From NCBI GenBank assembly GCA_965215275.1, contig OZ244044.1:1696001-1760000 (forward strand): a DNA stretch of 64,000 bases, read 5' to 3'. Below are positions 1 through 10,138 of this stretch, one piece after another; position 1 is the first letter of the stretch; every line of letters begins with the position of its first letter. The position numbers and the translations under genes were made by a program. The notes beneath the pieces are model-generated. The model saw nothing but the letters and a program-made list of their open reading frames with translations, ran no database searches and was not told the DNA's origin. The stretch comes from Thermodesulfobacteriota bacterium (GTDB taxonomy: Bacteria > Desulfobacterota_D > UBA1144 > Nemesobacterales > JAJCZQ01).

Positions 1-2
1 GA

Positions 3-689
3 GTGGAGGTTCAGTTTGTTTACGAGAAGATAGCTGGAGAGGACAGAGGACTGGACAGAGCGATAGGAATGGATCTTGGAGTAAGGAACAGGATTGCTTT
101 ATCAGATGGGTCGTTTTACAAGGGAACTGAAGTAAGCAGAAAGAAAGACAAAAGAAAGCAGAGAGCAGTTTCAAGAGCTGAAAAAGGTTCCAACGGCAGA
201 AAGAAGAAGGTAAAGCTGCTTGGGAAGGAACGAGCAAGAACAGCAATAAAGGAACATAACAAAATACACAGGTTAACTACAGAACTGTCAAGAGCGTATA
301 ATTTTGTTATATCAGAAGATCTGAGATTAAAGGATATGAGCAGATCGGCAAAGGGGAACGTGGGAGATCCGGGTAAGAAAGTAAAGCAGAAATCAGGATT
401 AAACAGGTCTTTACGGGAACAGCAGTTGGGCAAGGTATTAGATCAGCTTGAATACAAGGTTAAAAGCACTGGTGGCAAGCTGAGCAGGACTCCGGCTCAA
501 TATACGTCACAGACCTGTTCTGAGTGCGGATACAGAGATAAAAGGAACAGAAAAGGAGAAGTATTTAAGTGTGTGTTTTGCGGTCATAAAGACCATGCAG
601 ACACGAATGCAGCTATAAACATTTGCAATAGTGAAAACACGCTATGTCGGGTGGGACAGCCAGACTTGAGCTCCCGATGCAAGCTGTAA
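3..689 (+). CDS. tnpB: TnpB RNA-guided endonuclease, 5' part outside the window
   Basis: RuvC-I GMDLG, RuvC-II ISEDL, zinc ribbon TSQTCSECG...CVFCG, RuvC-III ADTNAA. Confidence 0.93.
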   Translation: MEVQFVYEKIAGEDRGLDRAIGMDLGVRNRIALSDGSFYKGTEVSRKKDKRKQRAVSRAEKGSNGRKKKVKLLGKERARTAIKEHNKIHRLTTELSRAYNFVISEDLRLKDMSRSAKGNVGDPGKKVKQKSGLNRSLREQQLGKVLDQLEYKVKSTGGKLSRTPAQYTSQTCSECGYRDKRNRKGEVFKCVFCGHKDHADTNAAINICNSENTLCRVGQPDLSSRCKL

Positions 690-779
690 ATGTTTTATCA
701 AAAGAGAACGGGGAATTAAGAGGGACTCTGCTTGCAGAACAGTATGTTTAGTACTTGTGTATTAAAGTATATAAGTCCC
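645..779 (+). ncRNA. Putative TnpB omega-RNA scaffold plus element right end
   Basis: Overlaps tnpB 3' end; tcggg/cccga stem; blocks tcgggtgg, ctcccgatg, cgggga and cagaacagtat recur at 47061-47156; ends in aaagtatataagtccc. Confidence 0.55.
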
Positions 780-795
780 TAAACTGTTAGGAACA

Positions 796-3210
796 ATGAG
801 CCTGCCCGTTAAAGTTTCCGTACCGTTACCGACCGACCGAACTTATCACTATACCGTTCCAGACAGTTTTATGAGGACCGTGGAGATCGGAAAGAGGGTA
901 CTGGTACCTTTAAGGAACAGATTGACCATGGGTTTTGTCGTCGGGTTCGGGGACCCTCCCGAGGGTATTGAACTGAAACAGGTCATAGACGTGATAGATG
1001 ACAAGCCCCTTTTTGATGAGAACAGGTTGAAATTTTTCACATGGATATCCGGTTATTATCTATCCTCTCTGGGCACCGTGCTGAAAGCCGCCTATCCAGG
1101 GGGTATGGGAATTTCCCTGAACCGCCGTTTAAAAGTCACTTCAAAAGGCCTGAACAGCCTGGAACAGGGCTCAGGCGGTAAAAAACAAGGTAAAATACTG
1201 AACGTCGTTCACATATCTGAAAGCATCACTCCAAAAAAGCTGTTTGAACTTGTGGACGGCGTGAAATTTGCGGACCTGAACCGCCTTGTTAACAAAGGAC
1301 TTCTGGAATATAACTACCGTCTGAAAAAGCTGAAGCCCAGGTACAGTAAATTTGTAAGTCCGAACGAACGAACTGCCAAGGCACTTGAAGAACTGAAGAA
1401 AAAAATGCCTGCTAAAGCGTCGGTCCTTGAGTTCGTTAAAACCCATGGCAGGATGGAAGCCGATGAACTGAAGGTGATCTCCTCCGGTATCACTTCACAT
1501 ATTAAATGGCTTGAGGAAAGGGGCTTTATCGACGTGGAAACGAAAGAGGTCATAAGGGACCCTTTCAGAGGCATGGAGCACACGCCCGAGGCCTTGCCTG
1601 ATCTGACGATCGAGCAGAAAACCGCTTTAGCCAGTATAGATAAGGCGACCGGTGAGGGTGTACATTCAACGTTCCTGCTTCACGGGGTTACCGGGAGCGG
1701 TAAGACGGAAGTATACATGAGGGCGATCGATTCCGTTTTAAAAAAGGGTAAGGAAGCAATAGTCCTGGTTCCTGAAATATCTCTGACACCACAGCTGGTC
1801 AAGAGGTTCAGAAGCCGGTTCGGGGACAAGGTTGCAGTTATACACAGCCTTTTGAACGACGCTGAAAGGTCTGACGCGTGGAAGGCGGCAATTAATGGGG
1901 ACGTTAAGATAATTATCGGTGCAAGGTCAGCCGTCTTTGCTCCATTTAAGCATCTGGGAATTATCGTCGTTGACGAGGAGCACGAGAATACCTACAAACA
2001 GGAGGACAGGCTTTGCTACAATGCAAGGGACGTTGCAGTTGTTCTTGGCCGTGATATGGGTTCCGTTGTGATACTCGGGTCTGCAACGCCGTCCGTGGAA
2101 TCATACTCGAACTGCCAGAGACGTAAGTTCGAGTATCTCACTCTGCCTCTCAGGATGGGATGCGGCAGCCTTCCTGAAGTTGAGGTCGTGGACATGAGAA
2201 AGCAGAGCGGTCCTGTCTTTTCCAGTATCCTTAAGAGAGAAATAGCAGAGAACTTTGAAAGAAAAGACCAGACCGTTCTTTTTCTGAACAGAAGGGGTTT
2301 TTCCACCTTCCTGATCTATGAGGACAGTGGGGAGATATTTTACTGTCCTAACTGCAGTATCCCTTTTACCTTTCACAGGGCCGACAACAAGATAAAGTGT
2401 CATTACTGCGGAACGTCAGAAGATTTCGGTTTTATGCAGAAAACCGCAAAGTCACCGCTCAGGGGATTAGGTATCGGAACGCAGATGATAGAACACGAGC
2501 TGAAAAACCTGCTCCCTGACGCCAGGATAGAGAGAATGGACAGTGACTCAACGGGAGGAAAGAACAAGTTCCTGGAACTGTATAAAAGACTGGAAAGAAA
2601 GGAAATTGACGTTCTGATCGGTACGCAGATGGTTGCAAAAGGACATGACCTGCCAGGCGTAACGCTCGTGGGAGTGATATCGGCTGATACCTCGCTGAGC
2701 ATTCCGGACTTCAGATCGGGAGAAAGGACCTTTCAGCTTATAACCCAGGTGGCAGGAAGGGCCGGAAGGGGCAGGTCCCAGGGCAGGGTGATCGTGCAGA
2801 CGTATAATCCGGATCATCCGAGCATCCGCTTTGCCAGGTCGCATGATAGTAACGCATTTTTACAGAAAGAGATGGACATAAGGCAGGCTGCGGACTATCC
2901 ACCGTTTTGCAGGCTCGTCGGTTTTAGGTTCAGCGGTACTGATGAGAACGTGCTTATTGAAACGGTGAAAAAGATCGATAAAATAGTAAAAACGGCGATT
3001 TCCGGACTTACGCCGGGAGCAGTGGTAATGCTCGGGCCTTCCCAGTGTCCTGTGTACAAGATAAAAAACAGGTTCAGGTGGCAGATGATACTGAAAGCAA
3101 AACAAATAAAACTTCTGCATGCTTTTTCCAAAAACCTGTATGATGACCTTTTGGTCCATAAGAACAGGATCAGGATCACGATGGACGTTGATCCCGTGAA
3201 CTTCAGTTAG
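796..3210 (+). CDS. priA: Primosomal protein N' (replication restart helicase)
   Basis: GVTGSGKT, VPEISLTPQ, DEEH, GTQMVAKG, QVAGRAGR. Confidence 0.97.
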   Translation: MSLPVKVSVPLPTDRTYHYTVPDSFMRTVEIGKRVLVPLRNRLTMGFVVGFGDPPEGIELKQVIDVIDDKPLFDENRLKFFTWISGYYLSSLGTVLKAAYPGGMGISLNRRLKVTSKGLNSLEQGSGGKKQGKILNVVHISESITPKKLFELVDGVKFADLNRLVNKGLLEYNYRLKKLKPRYSKFVSPNERTAKALEELKKKMPAKASVLEFVKTHGRMEADELKVISSGITSHIKWLEERGFIDVETKEVIRDPFRGMEHTPEALPDLTIEQKTALASIDKATGEGVHSTFLLHGVTGSGKTEVYMRAIDSVLKKGKEAIVLVPEISLTPQLVKRFRSRFGDKVAVIHSLLNDAERSDAWKAAINGDVKIIIGARSAVFAPFKHLGIIVVDEEHENTYKQEDRLCYNARDVAVVLGRDMGSVVILGSATPSVESYSNCQRRKFEYLTLPLRMGCGSLPEVEVVDMRKQSGPVFSSILKREIAENFERKDQTVLFLNRRGFSTFLIYEDSGEIFYCPNCSIPFTFHRADNKIKCHYCGTSEDFGFMQKTAKSPLRGLGIGTQMIEHELKNLLPDARIERMDSDSTGGKNKFLELYKRLERKEIDVLIGTQMVAKGHDLPGVTLVGVISADTSLSIPDFRSGERTFQLITQVAGRAGRGRSQGRVIVQTYNPDHPSIRFARSHDSNAFLQKEMDIRQAADYPPFCRLVGFRFSGTDENVLIETVKKIDKIVKTAISGLTPGAVVMLGPSQCPVYKIKNRFRWQMILKAKQIKLLHAFSKNLYDDLLVHKNRIRITMDVDPVNFS

Positions 3211-3217
3211 GCTGATC

Positions 3218-6004
3218 ATGAGCAAGATACTTTATCCCGACAGGGTGGCGGCTGAATCCAGCGTTGAAAGGTACCTGGAGACCAACGGCAAGATAAGTAG
3301 AAAAGGCAGAGAAATACTGTATCTGCTTGCCTCGCACAGCAGATTTCTCGGCAGAGCGGCGATAAACGACCCGGAACTGATCCCATATCTTGTAAATAAT
3401 GAACATTTAAGATCAGAAAAGCTGCTTCAGGTTTATCAGAACGAGGCACGGAAGATAGCGAGCGAGGCGGACGGCAGGGACGACCTGGCAAAAAACCTGA
3501 GGGTCTATAAATACAGAGAACTTGCACTGATAATATACAAAAGCGTTGCAATGTCATCTGATTTTCTTGTTCTGCTCAGAGAGCTTTCAAACCTTTCCGA
3601 ATCCATTATCGGGTCCGTCTACAGCTATTATGCAAATGAACTGAAAGTCGATAAATATGGAAGTTTTGTCGTGCTTGCAATGGGAAAGCTTGGTGGACGT
3701 CTTTTAAATTTAAGCTCGGACGTTGACCTGATATATATATATGAAGAGAAGAAGGACAGTGAGGTATTCTTCAGGCTGGCGGAAAGTATCACAAAGGCAA
3801 TAAGCGTTGCCACGGACTGGGGCTTTTTATACAGAGTGGACCTGGGATTGAGGCCTGGAGGTAATAAAAGTACGATCGCGATCCCGTATGAAGGTGCCGT
3901 GGAGCATTACTACTACTGGGGAGACACATGGGAAAGGGCCGCTCTTATTCAGGCAAGACCGGTTGCCGGGGACCTGAAACTCGGACGGAGGTTCATCAGG
4001 GACCTTGACAGGTTCGTTTACAGAAAATACCTGGATTATGAATCGATCGAGGACCTGAAGGACATGAAGCTGAAGATAGATAAGCTTGAGAAGAAGAACG
4101 ACGTAAAGCTCGGAAGAGGTGGAATAAGGGAGATCGAGTTCTTTGTTCAGGCAAATCAGCTCGTTAACGCGGGGCAGTTCAATGAACTGAAAGGCAGGAA
4201 CGTTCTGGAAGGACTTGATCTTCTGGCAAAGAAAAATATCGTAAGTAAAGACACCCAGGCGGCTCTGGGGTCCGCGTATATTTTTTTGAGAAAGGTAGAG
4301 CATAACATTCAGCTCGTGGACGAGGTTCAGACGCAGAGGATTCCCTCCGGTGGAGAGGACCTTTTAAAGCTGGCCAGGCGCACCGGTTTTGAAACGGCGA
4401 AGCCTTTCAGTGAGCAGCTTGCGATGAGCATGGACAATGTGGCGACCGAATATAACCAGCTGTTCTATGAACCTTCAAAAAGGACGGAGGAATACGCGAA
4501 CGAGTTCTGGCAGCTTGCCGATTTTCTCACCGAGGGCAACGTGAGGGAGGAAGAGGCAATAAACCTTCTGGGTGAACTGGGGTTCAAGCGTCCGGCCGAG
4601 GACCTCGACGTTATATACTCCCTTATAAACGCCGAGCGCTCCGGACTGACGCAGAAAGGTCGTCAGCTTGCAAGACGCGTTATTCCGGCCTTCTTGTCCG
4701 CGGTGCTTAAATCTTACGACAGTGGCACGGCGTTGAGAAATATGGAAAGGTTTATCTCCTCCACGGGTTGCAAGACCTCCGTTTATGCGGCTTTATCCGA
4801 GAACCCTGATATTCTCAATCTTCTTTCCATGCTTTTTTCCACAAGCGGAATGCTGTCAAACTTCCTGATCCGCTATCCGGAGTATCTTAACGTACTTACC
4901 ATCAAGTCTTCCGAGAGCCAGTATTCCTCGGAGGATCAGATGTTGAAATATCTGCGCTCTCTGGTCGATGCTGAAAAGGACTACGAGGGTAAGCTGAACG
5001 CTCTGAGACACTTTAAACACGTTGAGACTCTGAAATTATGTCTCAGGGACCTGAGCCATGAGGTCGACCCGGTATACGTTGGCAGACATCTGTCAATGAT
5101 AGCGGCCGCGGTCGTAAAAGTCGCAATGGACATTGCGATAAGCGAGGTAAGGAGCAGCGTGAGGTCCAGGGCAGGCCTTAAAAAGATGCTGATACTTGCA
5201 ATGGGTAAATTCGCATCTGGGGAAATGAGCTATAATTCGGACCTTGACGTGATATTTATATACGAGGGGGACGATCATGAGGCTTTTTCCAGACTTGGGC
5301 AGAGGCTGATCTCCATCCTGTCCGTTCCAACGGCTGAGGGGTTCTGCTACAAGATAGATCTTGACCTGAGACCATCGGGCAGGTCAGGGACGCTGGTTAC
5401 CTCTCTTGATTCATTTGAAAGATATCATGAAAAAAGTGCTCATTTATGGGAACGGCAGTCGTTGATAAAGTCCTTTCCTGTAACGGGAGATAAACTGCTT
5501 TCCAGAAAGATCGTAAAGGCCATTACGGAGTTTGTGTATTTAAAGCCCCTTGCACCGGACTTCCACGGTGAGATCAACGGACTGAGACACAGGATGGAAA
5601 GCGAACTTGCAAAAGAGACCGTAAATAAGGTAAACGTGAAAACGGGCAGAGGAGGCCTGGTAGATATTGAATTTATAGTCCAGATGCTTCAGCTGCGACA
5701 CGGAAAGGATAATAAAAAGATCAGACAGGCGAACACGCTCGAGGCAATTGACGCCATGAGGTCAGCGGACATCCTGTCAGAGGAAAGTGCAGCTGTATTG
5801 AGCGATGGATATATGTTTTTGAAAAGTATTGAGAACCTTTTAAGATTGCTGAAAGATAAATCCATCAGTGATATTACGGATTACGACTTTGACGTACTGT
5901 CTGCCGAGTCGGTTAAATACGGCTCCGGTGCGGAACTGAAGTCGGAATACATGGAGAGAACGGAGCAGATAAGACGGACTTACAAGGACCACTTCGAACT
6001 ATGA
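3218..6004 (+). CDS. glnE: Glutamine synthetase adenylyltransferase/deadenylylase
   Basis: Two nucleotidyltransferase halves: MGKLGG...SSDVDL and MGKFAS...NSDLDV, each with LRPxG and WER motifs. Confidence 0.95.
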   Translation: MSKILYPDRVAAESSVERYLETNGKISRKGREILYLLASHSRFLGRAAINDPELIPYLVNNEHLRSEKLLQVYQNEARKIASEADGRDDLAKNLRVYKYRELALIIYKSVAMSSDFLVLLRELSNLSESIIGSVYSYYANELKVDKYGSFVVLAMGKLGGRLLNLSSDVDLIYIYEEKKDSEVFFRLAESITKAISVATDWGFLYRVDLGLRPGGNKSTIAIPYEGAVEHYYYWGDTWERAALIQARPVAGDLKLGRRFIRDLDRFVYRKYLDYESIEDLKDMKLKIDKLEKKNDVKLGRGGIREIEFFVQANQLVNAGQFNELKGRNVLEGLDLLAKKNIVSKDTQAALGSAYIFLRKVEHNIQLVDEVQTQRIPSGGEDLLKLARRTGFETAKPFSEQLAMSMDNVATEYNQLFYEPSKRTEEYANEFWQLADFLTEGNVREEEAINLLGELGFKRPAEDLDVIYSLINAERSGLTQKGRQLARRVIPAFLSAVLKSYDSGTALRNMERFISSTGCKTSVYAALSENPDILNLLSMLFSTSGMLSNFLIRYPEYLNVLTIKSSESQYSSEDQMLKYLRSLVDAEKDYEGKLNALRHFKHVETLKLCLRDLSHEVDPVYVGRHLSMIAAAVVKVAMDIAISEVRSSVRSRAGLKKMLILAMGKFASGEMSYNSDLDVIFIYEGDDHEAFSRLGQRLISILSVPTAEGFCYKIDLDLRPSGRSGTLVTSLDSFERYHEKSAHLWERQSLIKSFPVTGDKLLSRKIVKAITEFVYLKPLAPDFHGEINGLRHRMESELAKETVNKVNVKTGRGGLVDIEFIVQMLQLRHGKDNKKIRQANTLEAIDAMRSADILSEESAAVLSDGYMFLKSIENLLRLLKDKSISDITDYDFDVLSAESVKYGSGAELKSEYMERTEQIRRTYKDHFEL

Positions 6005-7413
6005 CCGAAAAACGATGCCTGTTCCTGCTGGCCGATGGAGCCAGAGCGGATATCTTTGAGCACCTTTTAAACAAGGGTGATCTTCCAAACATATCAAAGT
6101 ACATCGTTGAAAGAGGTACGTATAAGAACGCGGTTACCGCGTTCCCTTCAACTACTGGTCCTGCGTATATTCCTTACTTGCTCGGTAAGTACCCCGGACG
6201 CTGTAATATGCCGGGTATAAGGTGGTTCGACAGGTACGAGTTCAGTAAGAACATGTTCTCTCTGAAGGGATTCAGGAGCTATATCGGACCCGAAGCATAT
6301 CTTATGAACAAGGATATAAGCGCCAATGGAACCCCTACGATATTTGAGCAGGTACCGAGAAGCGTAAGTATATTGAACGAAGTTACAAAGGGTCTGTCCT
6401 TAAAAGGCGATAAGACAAAGCTTTCAAAGATCTTTTACAAGATCAAGAGCCATTTTACGGACAGCTGTGACGAGGTTGACGAGGCAGCGGGCAGAATGCT
6501 GCTTAAATGCCTTGATGAAGACCCGCAACTGGTGTTCTGTGTTTTTCTGGGCATTGATACCTACTCACATCAGAATCATCCATTTCATAAGAACGTTATA
6601 AGGTCCTACTATCTTCTGGACCGCTACGTTGAACTTGTCGGCAGTCGTCTTGCACGTGAAAACAGACTGGAAGACACGCTTATAATTATTGCGAGCGACC
6701 ATGGGCTTACTTCCACGCATTCACATTTTGATTCATCGGGTTTTATGGACCGGCTTGGTTATAAGACCCTGTGTCATACGAACGTTTTTAATCACCTTCT
6801 TGATGCCAATGCGTCCGTGATGGTCTCGGGGAATTCAATGGCACATATTTACGTTAAGAACAAAGACGGCTGGACAAGGAGCACGTCCGCTGAAGAGATG
6901 GACGGCTTAATACAGAAATTACTGGACCGCTCGGAAATAGATATAATAGCGAGCAGGAACTGCAATGGGAACCTGATCGTTCAGAACGCCGTGGGCAAGG
7001 CGTCAATATCCGCTGAAGGAAACTCACTTACCTATAAGGTAATAAGCGGGAACGACCCGTTTGGTTACGGGAGGTTTCCCACTACGATGAGCTTTGACGA
7101 GTCTTTAAAACTGACCATGGATACGGGTTATCCGGATGCTCTGGTTCAGATCCTACAGCTGTTCGAGTCCGACCGGACGGGGGACCTTGTCATAAGTGCC
7201 AAACCGGGCGTTGATCTTCGTGCGTGGAATGAAAATCCTGAACATAATGCTTCGCATGGTTCGCTCGTGCGGGAGCATATGCTGGTACCTCTGTCCATAA
7301 GTATCAACTCCGGTAAGAAATACGTCAGAACGACGGACGTTTACCCGACGATCCTTGATTTTTTTGAACTGACGACCCCGTCGGGAATTGACGGGAGTTC
7401 TTTAATTAACTGA
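6001..7413 (+). CDS. Alkaline phosphatase superfamily (nucleotide pyrophosphatase/phosphodiesterase-like) protein
   Basis: ADGAR, FPSTT, DxYSH, SDHG, SHGSL metal-binding motifs. Confidence 0.85.
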   Translation: MTEKRCLFLLADGARADIFEHLLNKGDLPNISKYIVERGTYKNAVTAFPSTTGPAYIPYLLGKYPGRCNMPGIRWFDRYEFSKNMFSLKGFRSYIGPEAYLMNKDISANGTPTIFEQVPRSVSILNEVTKGLSLKGDKTKLSKIFYKIKSHFTDSCDEVDEAAGRMLLKCLDEDPQLVFCVFLGIDTYSHQNHPFHKNVIRSYYLLDRYVELVGSRLARENRLEDTLIIIASDHGLTSTHSHFDSSGFMDRLGYKTLCHTNVFNHLLDANASVMVSGNSMAHIYVKNKDGWTRSTSAEEMDGLIQKLLDRSEIDIIASRNCNGNLIVQNAVGKASISAEGNSLTYKVISGNDPFGYGRFPTTMSFDESLKLTMDTGYPDALVQILQLFESDRTGDLVISAKPGVDLRAWNENPEHNASHGSLVREHMLVPLSISINSGKKYVRTTDVYPTILDFFELTTPSGIDGSSLIN

Positions 7414-7920
7414 GGAATCGAGAAGTTTTTCGACCTTGTCAGCAATGACCTCTTCCGTTTCTCCCTTTGCCGTGGCAAGCTCGGTGATCAGAAGTTTAAA
7501 AGCGTTGTCCATAAGTTTCTTCTCTCCAAAGGAAAGGGATTTGCTTTTGCGAATACGGTGAATTTTCTGAAACACTTCGGCGATCTCAAAGATATCACCG
7601 CTTTTAAGTTTTTCGTTGTACTCCTTGTATCTTTTGTTCCAGCTCTGTTGTCCACCGCCACCGTGAGTGTGATTGTTCTTGCTTTTTTTACCCAGGATCT
7701 TTAATATCTTCGGAACTTCTTTCTTGGAAATTATTGGCCTTAATCCAACCTTTGAAGCGTTATCGGTAGGTACCATCAGGGTCATGTTGCTTCCAACGGT
7801 CTTTAGAATGTAAAAAGATTCCTTAATACCGTATATCTCTTTCTCTTCTATCTTCTGGACCTCCACCACCCCGTGAGTGGGATATACTACTTTTCCCCCG
7901 ATTGTCAGTTTATCAGTCAT
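7402..7920 (-). CDS. carD: CarD family transcriptional regulator
   Basis: VVYPTHGV, GLRPII, WNKRY, LSFGEK; start placed at MTDKL. Confidence 0.92.
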   Translation of the reverse strand: MTDKLTIGGKVVYPTHGVVEVQKIEEKEIYGIKESFYILKTVGSNMTLMVPTDNASKVGLRPIISKKEVPKILKILGKKSKNNHTHGGGGQQSWNKRYKEYNEKLKSGDIFEIAEVFQKIHRIRKSKSLSFGEKKLMDNAFKLLITELATAKGETEEVIADKVEKLLDSSVN

Positions 7921-8088
7921 TTTTCTGCTATCGGTTTTAATAATACCACATAACTGGCACAAGGTCAATTTTAAGGGTTGGGAATTGCATAAGGGATGCT
8001 TTAAAATAGATCAGATATTTTAAGATTAGCGGTTTTAAAGAAAGATTCTGCACGACGTTGTATTTGAACATCAAGAGGCTTTGCCGAT

Positions 8089-9288
8089 ATGGAAAAATAT
8101 GAGTACCTGATAATTGGAGCGGGTATAACGGGACTTACGATCGCGAGGGAACTGGTAAATAGTGGGGAGAGGCATATATGTATCATTGATAAGGAAAAGC
8201 AGCTTGGAGTGCACGCGAGCGGCAGGAACAGCGGCGTCTTGCATTCGGGGATCTACTATCAGCCGGGTTCGCTGAAAGCCAGGTTCTGTGCCGAAGGGAA
8301 CAGACTTCTGTCCGAGTACTGTGACAGGAATGGGCTGAGCATAAAAAGGTGGGGAAAGGTAATAGTGGCTTCGGACGAGAAGCAGCTTGTGGAACTTTTT
8401 AAACTGCAGGAGCGTGCTGAGAAAAACGGGGTTAACTCCAGGATCATCTCTGCGGATGAGTTAAGGGACATAGAACCGTATGCACGGACGTTCAAAAACG
8501 CCATATTTTCACCTGATACCTCGGCGTTCGACCCAGAAGAGGTTCTTGACCGTTTGTATAATGAACTGCTGGGTTCAGGCCGTGTTGATATCCTTCTCGG
8601 CACGGAGTTTATTGGTCAGCACGGCGGTTCTGCCGTAAGAACGAGCGAGGGGAATATCAGATTTAAAAAGCTGATCAACTGTTCAGGTGTCTTTTCTGAT
8701 AAAGTCGCACACCAGTTCGGTATCGCCATGGAGTACAAAATACTGCCGTTCATAGGCACGTACTGCAGACTGGCTGATAATTGCTCCAGATACGTAAAAG
8801 GAAATATATATCCCGTTCCTGACCCAAGGTCTCCCTTTCTCGGAGTTCATTTCAGCAGGTCCACGGACGGCGACGTATATCTTGGTCCAACGGCAATTCC
8901 TGCTGTCGGCAGAGAAAGCTATAATATCACCACCGGAATTTCATTTGAAAGTTTGTCAATTATTTACAGAGATATGATAATGTTCTTCAGAGATCCTGCT
9001 TTCAGGGATAATGCAATATCCGAGATCAGGAAGTGTATGAGTTCTTACGTGTTTGAGGAAGCGAAAAAGATGATACCGGACCTTAAAAAAGAAGACGTTT
9101 TACGGTCGTCAAGAGCGGGGATCAGGGCTCAGCTTGTTAACTGGGATAAAAAACGTATGGTAATGGACTTTCTGGTGTTAAGACAGGATAATACAGTCCA
9201 CATTTTAAATGCCGTTTCTCCGGCGTTCACGTCTTCGATGTCATTTGCCAGATACGTTGTCGGTAATTTTACGGCTGGAAACAAATAG
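8089..9288 (+). CDS. lhgO: L-2-hydroxyglutarate oxidase family FAD oxidoreductase
   Basis: GAGITG, SGRNSGVLHSGIYY, YPVPDP, FLGVH, AGIRAQ, SPAFT. Confidence 0.85.
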   Translation: MEKYEYLIIGAGITGLTIARELVNSGERHICIIDKEKQLGVHASGRNSGVLHSGIYYQPGSLKARFCAEGNRLLSEYCDRNGLSIKRWGKVIVASDEKQLVELFKLQERAEKNGVNSRIISADELRDIEPYARTFKNAIFSPDTSAFDPEEVLDRLYNELLGSGRVDILLGTEFIGQHGGSAVRTSEGNIRFKKLINCSGVFSDKVAHQFGIAMEYKILPFIGTYCRLADNCSRYVKGNIYPVPDPRSPFLGVHFSRSTDGDVYLGPTAIPAVGRESYNITTGISFESLSIIYRDMIMFFRDPAFRDNAISEIRKCMSSYVFEEAKKMIPDLKKEDVLRSSRAGIRAQLVNWDKKRMVMDFLVLRQDNTVHILNAVSPAFTSSMSFARYVVGNFTAGNK

Positions 9289-9316
9289 TATAAGTGCTGA
9301 ACTATAGAACGGTTTA

Positions 9317-9862
9317 ATGAATAATAAAAAAACAAGACTTATAGAAATACTTAAGAAAAAGTCAATTTTAAAAGGCAGGTTCAAGCTATCATCGGGGAAG
9401 ATAACGGATCATTACATAGATGGCAGGCTTACCACGCTTGATGCAGAAGGATTGTCCCTGATAGGAGAGATATTCCTCCAGGAAATTTTAAAGGACCCCG
9501 TAATTTCCGCGGTTGGTGGTCCGACAATGGGAGCCGACCCCATAGTCGGTTCGGTGCTGACCCATGGCGTTTTGGCAAATAAAAAACTCAATGGTTTTTT
9601 AGTCAGGAAAGAGGAAAAACGTTATGGTACCGGGAAACTGATAGAAGGTAACCTGAGAGAAAGGGACACGGCTGCTATAGTGGAGGACGTAGTAACAACG
9701 GGTGGTTCGGTAATCAGGTCCATAAAAGCCGTGGAAAAAACTGGAGCGAAGATATCCAAGGTACTGGTCGTTCTGGACAGGGAAGAGGGTGCTGATAAAA
9801 GATTTATGGAGCTTGGATATGAGTTTTATTCAATATTCAAGTTCTCTGACCTGAACAGGTAA
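9317..9862 (+). CDS. pyrE: Orotate phosphoribosyltransferase
   Basis: FKLSSG, VRKEEKRYG, VEDVVTTGGS PRPP loop. Confidence 0.95.
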   Translation: MNNKKTRLIEILKKKSILKGRFKLSSGKITDHYIDGRLTTLDAEGLSLIGEIFLQEILKDPVISAVGGPTMGADPIVGSVLTHGVLANKKLNGFLVRKEEKRYGTGKLIEGNLRERDTAAIVEDVVTTGGSVIRSIKAVEKTGAKISKVLVVLDREEGADKRFMELGYEFYSIFKFSDLNR

Positions 9863-9909
9863 ATTATGGTAATCATATACCTGTTTACACTGAATAAGAT
9901 CGTTATTTA

Positions 9910-10012
9910 GTAGTGAGTTTCAATTTCCGACAGAGATTCTTTGGAGATTTTTCCGATCAACTTTTTTAAGGAGCTTCACCATTTGTGCCTTGCTAAATCG
10001 TTGTCTCTTCAC
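9910..10012 (-). pseudogene. Remnant of an IS3-family OrfA N-terminus
   Basis: Hand translation from GTG gives MKRQRFSKAQMVKLLKK, with LCRK in a shifted frame. Confidence 0.4.
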
Positions 10013-10138
10013 CTGATTTTCCTATGTAATAGCTAAATGACACATCTAGGCTGATCAGGCAAGAGAGCGGGAAATTGGGGAAAGTAATTATTGAATACTT
10101 TTTTGTTTTTCTTTTCTTGTTTGGATTTATACGAATCT

